From Nitrospirota bacterium (GTDB lineage Bacteria; Nitrospirota; UBA9217): a DNA stretch of 64,000 nucleotides. The stretch spans positions 256,001-320,000 of the forward strand of contig CAWJQQ010000005.1 in NCBI GenBank assembly GCA_963845065.1, written 5' to 3'. Positions 57,511 through 64,000 of this stretch are shown piece by piece. The position numbers were made by a program, and so were the translations under genes. The notes below the pieces were generated by a model. That model saw only the letters and a list, made by a program, of their open reading frames with translations. It searched no databases and was not told the DNA's origin. How positions within the stretch are numbered: position 1 is the first letter of the stretch; every line of letters begins with the position of its first letter.

Positions 57511-58443
57511 TCATTCAACTCCGAGAAAATTAAATAATACCTGTATAGCGCGTTCACTGGTGCGCCGTACCGCTTCATCCGTATTTGATGCGTTATGAGA
57601 ACCGAATATACATTTTTTGAAATGTAACAAGGGAGACTCCGCTGGCAGCGGCTCTATCTCCATAACATCAAGCGCTGCCGAATGAACAATACCTGATTGT
57701 AAAGCCTTAATAAGTGCAGATTCATCTATAAGCGGACCTCTCGCGACGTTAACTACACGCACACCCTTTTTGACAGTTGACAGTATTTCCGAATTTAACA
57801 TATGGTAATTATCCGGTGTCAGCGAACAGGTAAACACGATAAAATCGGCATCCTCGATTTTGTCAGGCCACATTGCATATTTGACCTCCTCCGTAAAGGT
57901 ATGAGACTGCAATAGCGGATCATACACAATAACGTGCATATCGGCTACTAGCAACCGCTTTACAAGATTCTTTCCTATATCCCCGCATCCCACCAGTGCC
58001 ACAGTCTTGTCAGCGAGAGAAACGCCACAAGGCTTTGGCCACCTGCCAGACTGCACCTCGCTGTTTATAAAGAAGGACTCGCGCGCCAAGCCTGTAATGT
58101 ACGACATTGCTAGATCGGCAACTTCCTTGCCGAACATATGGGGGATATTAGAAATAGGAATGTCAAGATCCTTCGCAGCATTGAAATCGATATTGTCCAC
58201 ACCTATTCCCCATTTCACCGCTGCCCGTAGGCATCCTTTTTTCCCCGCTTCGAAGACCTCTCGCGTTGCGGGATCATCACCGATAATCCATCCTTCATAT
58301 TGTGGCACGAGTTCCTTCAGCTCATTATCGGTAAGTATTTGGACAACGTTAGGACAATATATCTTGATTCCTTTATTACTGAAGAAGTGTTCAAAGTTAT
58401 CCATCATTTTCAACATCGGGGGACATGTAATCAACACTTTCAT
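57511..58443 (-). CDS. D-2-hydroxyacid dehydrogenase (phosphoglycerate-dehydrogenase-like)
   Basis: GIGVDNID, VGCGDIG, NVARG, ALDV..EP, GSHNAS. Confidence 0.92.
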   Translation of the reverse strand: MKVLITCPPMLKMMDNFEHFFSNKGIKIYCPNVVQILTDNELKELVPQYEGWIIGDDPATREVFEAGKKGCLRAAVKWGIGVDNIDFNAAKDLDIPISNIPHMFGKEVADLAMSYITGLARESFFINSEVQSGRWPKPCGVSLADKTVALVGCGDIGKNLVKRLLVADMHVIVYDPLLQSHTFTEEVKYAMWPDKIEDADFIVFTCSLTPDNYHMLNSEILSTVKKGVRVVNVARGPLIDESALIKALQSGIVHSAALDVMEIEPLPAESPLLHFKKCIFGSHNASNTDEAVRRTSERAIQVLFNFLGVE

Positions 58444-58465
58444 CTGTTCAACTCCTCGTTAGTGA

Positions 58466-59161
58466 TTATCCTTTGTCTTTTGCTGCTGCTAAAATTTCGG
58501 CAAGGTCCCACTCAGCCTGATCATTAATATCTACAGACTCAAGAAGGGGTGTTTCAAACAAAATCGGCTTCCTGCCTATCCGCGCTTTGGTGGAGTAGAA
58601 GCTTTCCGCGGTAAAAATGTAAAGGCTTGAATTCTCTTCAAACCACGGCTCCAAGTCTTGCGTTCTTAAAAGGTTATTTGGATCGTGGTTTATAGGACTA
58701 CAATCTTTTCTATAGAACCTAGATTGAACACGATTAACAGTAAACAGGGAATCAGCCTCACCTGTTGACTCGGCCGCTATAAACTTGTCAAGAGCCTCCT
58801 TGATGGTTTTCGCGCCTAATAGTGGGTTTGTGGTGTGTGTCATGATATAAATGTCCGCTGGAACACCAGTGATATCGTCCTCAATGATACGATTCATACT
58901 AATGAAATCGCCGCATATATCCCGACGCCGATCTCGGATGAGTACTCGTTCAGAACTCATCAAACCATTCTCCGTCAGAACATCGCGTGCATCAGTGTTA
59001 ATTACTACTAAATCGATATCTTGTATCGCTATTAATGTATCCAGAATCCAACGAAACAGCGGTTTCCCGGCAAGTGGCCGAAAGTTCTTGCCTTTTACGC
59101 GCACGCTGTTAAATTTCATCGGCAATAATGCCGCAATTTTACTCCGACGGTTGTTTGTCAC
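58466..59161 (-). CDS. Acylneuraminate/ulosonate cytidylyltransferase family protein
   Basis: PMKFNSVRVKGKN, GKPLF, THTTNPL, RTQDL, EENSSLYIF, DIND; GTG start inferred. Confidence 0.9.
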   Translation of the reverse strand: MTNNRRSKIAALLPMKFNSVRVKGKNFRPLAGKPLFRWILDTLIAIQDIDLVVINTDARDVLTENGLMSSERVLIRDRRRDICGDFISMNRIIEDDITGVPADIYIMTHTTNPLLGAKTIKEALDKFIAAESTGEADSLFTVNRVQSRFYRKDCSPINHDPNNLLRTQDLEPWFEENSSLYIFTAESFYSTKARIGRKPILFETPLLESVDINDQAEWDLAEILAAAKDKG

Positions 59162-59810
59162 TATTGTTCTCCTGTATCCGATTTTCCCGGGGGATAAGGA
59201 CTGCACGACAGGGTGCACCCTCAGCCCCTTTTATTTTTAAGGGAAGGCAATAGAGATCATACCAGCCTTCTGCAGCATGGCTTAGATTAAGTCCCTCAAT
59301 GACTGCAATGCCTGCCGAAAGTATGGCTGCATGCACAGTCCTTCCGTCAGGGTACGGACCTATCGATAGATAGTCAATGCCTATGAGTCTTGCTTCTTTG
59401 CGAACAAGCCAGCGTGCACCTTCCTCGTTAAGTGCGACAAACCCTACTTTAAAATCCCTCTCCCTCCAAAGCGCGGAGTTTTTCGTCATAAATAGAATGC
59501 GATTTGCTTCATGAGGTATGTTGCTGGAGATTAGAGCTTCTTCATCTATCATTGAGGCGTTTCTGAGGTCTACCACGTAAGCGGGGCCGCAAAGGGCATC
59601 AAGCGACATCTCGTCAACTGGAGAGCCGTTACTTAGAAAATGAAGCGGCGCGTCCACATGTGTGCCGGCGTGCATACAGCAGGTAAAGGCCGAGCTATTA
59701 GAGTTGTCCCCATCATCGGTCCGTTTTATCCAGTTATGCCTGAACCCTAGGCTACCCGGCCAGACCGGGGTGCTACTATCAAGTGGAACCGATATATCAA
59801 TGATGGTCAT
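59139..59810 (-). CDS. Cyclase-family (kynurenine-formamidase-like) metal hydrolase
   Basis: HAGTHVDAP, GIDYLS, LPLKI.GAEGAPCRAV. Confidence 0.9.
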   Translation of the reverse strand: MTIIDISVPLDSSTPVWPGSLGFRHNWIKRTDDGDNSNSSAFTCCMHAGTHVDAPLHFLSNGSPVDEMSLDALCGPAYVVDLRNASMIDEEALISSNIPHEANRILFMTKNSALWRERDFKVGFVALNEEGARWLVRKEARLIGIDYLSIGPYPDGRTVHAAILSAGIAVIEGLNLSHAAEGWYDLYCLPLKIKGAEGAPCRAVLIPRENRIQENNSDKQPSE

Positions 59811-60756
59811 AATCTATCCTTAGAGAGACGTCGTCTATAGCCATTCCCTTTTTGTGCCGATAGAAGCCATCCGGGTAGTAGAACCTGTTTCTGAGCTGTG
59901 CAGATATTAATCCGCTTTGCCTGAAACCTATGTATGTCCCCCAGAACTGCATGAGTCGGAAGACGGGGATTGAGAAAAGATTTTTAAAAAGAACTTGGTC
60001 CTGGATGGCGTGGAAGTAATCTATAAAAACATTGCCGATAAAGAGCTTGAAAAAATCATTGAGATTGAAGCGTTCATGAGTATATATACTCTTGAAGGCT
60101 ATGGCCTCACGTCTATACCGATTGTAAATCTTCTTTGATGTCTCATTGTGCACATGAATTACTTCCGCCTTTGCATTGTAGATGATTTTTTTCCCGAGAG
60201 AAGTGACCTTGTTTGCCCAATCTAAATCCTCAAGCCCAGTGAGCTCTTCGTTGTACGGCAGGCTTTTCCAAAGCGAACGACGTATAGCAGAATTCGCATT
60301 ATTGCAGAATGGATGCCGTTGCTGGTACATGGATTCATCTGGGAACCATTTTTTGAAAATCTGGCGCTCGGTAAATTGCGACCTCTCGTCACCTCGCTGC
60401 TTACCATAAACTATGGCCACGTCTTGGTCTTGGAAGGGGAAGAGAAGGCAATCGAGCCAGTCTTTACGCACAGGATAAACATGTGCACTGGCAATAACCA
60501 CGATGTTTGCGGTCGCTGCTGCGCAGCCGATATTAAGTGCGCGTCCGAAGGAGAATTCCTCCGATTTGACGTGAATGATCTTTGCTGGAAATCGATTGGC
60601 TATGGAGAGGGTCGCATCCGTCGAACCCGAATCAACAATTATTATCTCCACATCCTTGACGGTTTGCATCATCACACCCGCAAGCATCCTACCTATTTGC
60701 AGCTCCTCGTTATAGCACCGAATGACAAGGGAACATTTTGGGTTCTTATTTTCCAT
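59797..60756 (-). CDS. GT2 glycosyltransferase (rhamnosyltransferase-like)
   Basis: SLVIRCYNE, VDSGSTD, FSFGRALN, YGKQ, NNANS, LEDLDWA, HVHNE. Confidence 0.9.
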   Translation of the reverse strand: MENKNPKCSLVIRCYNEELQIGRMLAGVMMQTVKDVEIIIVDSGSTDATLSIANRFPAKIIHVKSEEFSFGRALNIGCAAATANIVVIASAHVYPVRKDWLDCLLFPFQDQDVAIVYGKQRGDERSQFTERQIFKKWFPDESMYQQRHPFCNNANSAIRRSLWKSLPYNEELTGLEDLDWANKVTSLGKKIIYNAKAEVIHVHNETSKKIYNRYRREAIAFKSIYTHERFNLNDFFKLFIGNVFIDYFHAIQDQVLFKNLFSIPVFRLMQFWGTYIGFRQSGLISAQLRNRFYYPDGFYRHKKGMAIDDVSLRIDYDHH

Positions 60757-61179
60757 ATTATTTCTTGGAGGGTCTCATTGAGAATGTCAAACTTTTATTT
60801 AAATTGTCCGATTTGGCATCACCTATTAGCTTAACAAAATACGGTTAGCACCCGTCTTACCGGGTAGATATTTGTATGGCACAGCATGTGTAGGAATTGT
60901 CTGCACTAAAAACTCCATTGACCTTACTTCAACTAGTTACGCCGAACAAAATCACGGTGACCATGAACGAAATGGTTGTACGCAATAGAAGATAGCCAAC
61001 CACATGAAGCGCTTTGCAGGCACGCAACTCGATATGGCCAGTGCTACCCGTAAGTAGCATAAGTCGTCCTGTCGTCATATCGTTGCCAAATCCCCGCCGT
61101 AATTGCAACTTTCGGAATAAAAAAGATTGGGGGATAGAGAATCATATTTTCCACCGAATCTCGTGACGCCTAATAATCA

Positions 61180-61195
61180 TGCAATATTGATACCC
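61180..61195 (-). promoter_or_regulatory. Possible sigma54 promoter for the glycosylation operon
   Basis: Minus strand GGGTATCAATATTGCA (GG-N10-GC); near-FleQ box GACAAATTATTGAC at 61300-61313 lies upstream. Confidence 0.4.
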
Positions 61196-61481
61196 TATTA
61201 ATCTCTATTAGGACTTAAATTCTATAAATATATATCTAATTGAATATGCATGTTTTTTTTATTGTCAGATTAATCGCAGAATATATTGTAAGTCAATATG
61301 ACAAATTATTGACACATTATGTTCAAATTTTCTGGTGTAGCAAGGTGTGTCACAGAGAATTGAGGCTCAAACTGGATCAACCTCTACACCCATAAATCAA
61401 TATTTCTTATAGAAGTCTTATGAATGTACCCTTGTAATGGATTTAACAATAATTACCTAACACTTCGAATTTATAATATAG

Positions 61482-61495
61482 GTCAAATTTATGAC
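61482..61495. promoter_or_regulatory. FleQ-type box GTCA-N6-TGAC
   Basis: GTCAAATTTATGAC in the divergent region between the glycosylation operon and the fliK-like gene. Confidence 0.5.
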
Positions 61496-61615
61496 ATACT
61501 TATAGAAATTATATGATAGTACCGATAAGATTAATGGAGGAATAACAATTCCTAAAGGAGTCCAATATGAACGTATCCGTGATTATGAGATCTTCCTGAT
61601 GTTGTTCTAACCAAA

Positions 61616-62701
61616 ATGCAAATACCATCAATCCCACAGACTAACCAGGATTCCACCCTGCTCGTTAGCGCCAAAAATGTTCCGACCCTCCAGGAAGGCG
61701 AGATCGTACAGGCAGAAGTCCTTACCGTTACTGATACCGCTGTCGCAATCAGGATGAAAAATTCAATTCTTGAAGCGAGCACGGATCTCCCGCTCAAACA
61801 AGGCGAGGTCCTCACTATGCTCGTAGAAGAAGCGGGGCAGGACATGCGGCTCCGTCTGATCCAGGAAGATGGAGGAGGACCAGCGTCGATCAAGAGCACC
61901 GTTCTGTCGGCACTCAATGCGCTCAAAGAACTAAAGCCCGCAGCTGCGGATATGAAGGTGCTTAGTTCTTTCATCGAGGCCATGCCTCAGGCAGTAAAAG
62001 AATCGCTTCCCGGCCTGAGCGTGCTGGAGAAGATGGTGGTTTCTGTTGAAGATTTGTCAGGCAGCGTGTTGAAGGCCGCGGTTCAGGATTCGGGAGTGCT
62101 ATTTGAAGCGAAGCTAAGGCTTCTCATACTGGGAGAAGGGCAGGAAGATACGGAACTGAATCAGAAATTGCAGACGCTGACAAGCAGCGACATGAAGGCA
62201 GCGCTCCTGAGCCTGAGGGAGCAACTGGATAACAGCACGGTCGCAAACCGTCTGCTACAAAACGGTGTAAGTGCAGATACGCTGACGGCTGCAATCGATA
62301 CAGTTCTCAAAAATATCGAGCTTTTACAATTGCAATCACGGCTCAGCGATACGCTCCAGGTATTTGTTCCTTTCGTCTGGAAAGACCTCAAAGATGGCGA
62401 GCTTGTTTTTCGGGAATCGGATCGAGACAAGCCGGGCGAAGAAGCGTATTCCTGTACGGTGAATCTGGATCTCGAGCGCGTTGGCAAGACGAGCGCGCGG
62501 CTGCTGCTTCAGTCCGGAAAAATCTACGCTGATGTGCTGACGGAAAAAGAAGATTTTTTTCAGCTGCTACGGGATAACGCTATGCTTTTCAGAAAACAGG
62601 CCGACGCTGCGGGAATCAAGCTGGCAGGCTTCACGATCCATCATACAACTAGGATTGAGAACAAACCCCCTCAGGCAGGAGGTCTTAATATTCACATATG
62701 A
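61616..62701 (+). CDS. FliK-like (hook-length-control C-terminal domain) protein
   Basis: GEIVQAEV...LKQGE N-domain, DSGVLFEAKL, C-terminal VNLDLERVG; coupled to a FlhB-C homolog. Confidence 0.7.
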   Translation: MQIPSIPQTNQDSTLLVSAKNVPTLQEGEIVQAEVLTVTDTAVAIRMKNSILEASTDLPLKQGEVLTMLVEEAGQDMRLRLIQEDGGGPASIKSTVLSALNALKELKPAAADMKVLSSFIEAMPQAVKESLPGLSVLEKMVVSVEDLSGSVLKAAVQDSGVLFEAKLRLLILGEGQEDTELNQKLQTLTSSDMKAALLSLREQLDNSTVANRLLQNGVSADTLTAAIDTVLKNIELLQLQSRLSDTLQVFVPFVWKDLKDGELVFRESDRDKPGEEAYSCTVNLDLERVGKTSARLLLQSGKIYADVLTEKEDFFQLLRDNAMLFRKQADAAGIKLAGFTIHHTTRIENKPPQAGGLNIHI

Positions 62702-62961
62702 ACGACACGCAGAACAAAGCTGCGGCACTGAAGTACCGTAAGGGTGCTGATTCCGCGCCAAAGATCGTGGCAAAGGGACGAGGATCAGTGGCCGAAAAGA
62801 TCATTGCACTTGCGCGTGAGCACGGAATCCCCATTCGCGAGGACAAGAACATGGTTGAGGTGCTTTCCACGCTCGACCTGTATGAAGAAATACCTCCGGA
62901 ACTCTACAAGGCCGTTGCCGAAATTCTTGCTTTTATTTATAAGTTGGGCAATAAACTGTAA
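62698..62961 (+). CDS. Stand-alone FlhB C-terminal (EscU/YscU-like) protein
   Basis: KAAALKY, APKIVAKGRG, IPPELYKAVAEILAFIY. Confidence 0.92.
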   Translation: MNDTQNKAAALKYRKGADSAPKIVAKGRGSVAEKIIALAREHGIPIREDKNMVEVLSTLDLYEEIPPELYKAVAEILAFIYKLGNKL

Positions 62962-62975
62962 TCAAAAGCGTTAAC

Positions 62976-63425
62976 CTATTTTCTTGTATAAAGACCTATT
63001 ACCTCAGATTGAGCAAGAACATGGCCTTTCATCGCTCGCTCGAGGTCTACTTTGGTAGCGTTCGAATTGAGCGTTAGTGAGCTGTCGAGCGCATAAAGCT
63101 TGAAGAAGTAACGGTGAGTGCCTGACGGCGGGCACGGACCGCCGTAATTTCGCTTCCTGAAATCGTTCATGCCCTCTGATGCACCGCTGGGGACTGTGTG
63201 CTCTGCGATTGCTTGTATGTCCGAAGCTATATTCCAGACTACCCAGTGCACCCAGGTGCCCCGTGGCGCGTCCGGATCGTCTACGATCAGGGCGAGTGAC
63301 TTGGCGCCCGACGGAACGTTTTCGATGGTAAGAGGCGGGTTTACGTCAACGCCGTCACACGTATATTTTGGTGGAATGTGATCATTGTGTTTGAATGCCG
63401 GACTCAATATTTTAAGCGTACTCAT
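62976..63425 (-). CDS. YbhB/YbcL (PEBP/Raf-kinase-inhibitor-like) protein
   Basis: DDPDAP, WVHWVVWNI, YGGPCPPSGTHRYFFKLYALD. Confidence 0.95.
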   Translation of the reverse strand: MSTLKILSPAFKHNDHIPPKYTCDGVDVNPPLTIENVPSGAKSLALIVDDPDAPRGTWVHWVVWNIASDIQAIAEHTVPSGASEGMNDFRKRNYGGPCPPSGTHRYFFKLYALDSSLTLNSNATKVDLERAMKGHVLAQSEVIGLYTRK

Positions 63426-64000
63426 ATTTTGGGCCTCCGTGAAGGATGAGTAAAAAAAAAGAGAGAGAAAAGCGAAACAATTGTAATTCTTTGCGCGTTA
63501 AGCATACCAATTATCCCTCTTTTCCCTCGTTTTTTCTTATTCTAAATGATAGCATAACTATCATTGGCATGTTATCAAGCAGTTAAATTATTTTTCTAAC
63601 ATTTGCAAGAGAGCTACCCACTTTTTCCCTTCAGGCAGCCGTGACGAAAATTTGTATATCATCTTATTTGAACTAGTGGGATAATTCAGCGTACTACAAA
63701 TCTTAAAATTCTTGCAATTTGAATTGGCATATAGTACTGTTGCCTAAAGAATGGCCTGCAGTGAACTGGCCTGTACCTCGGCTTTTTCATTGTTTTCCGC
63801 CAGCGAAAATTTTTTATTATAGATGAAAGTAGGCGCTATCGAACGAGAACGCAGATCAGTAAAAAATATTTGACTGCTACTTTGTCGCGGACAGATTAGA
63901 TGCCGTCAGCCGTGGCAACAATCCTCAAGGCACGAACAGAGGATATAAAACAAAGAAAGAGCGCTATTGATCATTATTGAACGCGGAGTAAAATGGGAAT

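Noticed and set aside
63426..64000. Terminal AT-rich region with a possible gene start (GGAG...ATG near 63993) and a TGGCAT sigma54-like string
   Set aside because: The ORF is cut by the window edge, and the -24/-12 spacing does not fit

Overview
Bacterial chromosomal window; my guess from gene style and content (inference only) is Nitrospirota or Desulfobacterota. It has three layers. (1) A large flagellar locus at 1-22 kb and 40.8-63 kb: fliL-M-N-O-P-Q-R-flhB-flhA-flhF(partial); a FleQ-like sigma54 activator, a TPR protein and a FleS/FleR-like pair; flgBC-fliEFGHIJ; two stator sets with c-di-GMP proteins; an alphaproteobacterial-type flagellin with flbT and flaF; and a fliK-like/FlhB-C pair. 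(2) An ~18.5 kb phosphate-starvation block at 22.2-40.6 kb that splits the flagellar genes. It holds phoB (no phoR in the window), pstSCAB-phoU, a psiE pseudogene, a GH1 glycosidase, several small proteins and decaying two-component genes. It also holds an operon of PHP phosphoesterase, ceramide-glucosyltransferase-like GT, OlsF-like acyltransferase/GNAT fusion and flippase-like protein. Five promoters in this block share one architecture, read directly from the DNA: four hexamers at an 11-bp period, then 10 bp, then a -10 element. This defines a Pho regulon and points to a phosphorus-free membrane-lipid remodelling system. (3) A flagellin glycosylation cluster at 51.9-60.8 kb with a 1573-aa DUF115/Maf-like-GT2-GT2-TPR-GT2-TPR protein and a CMP-sugar pathway lacking a NeuB-type synthase. 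I saw no rRNA, tRNA, CRISPR array or transposase.
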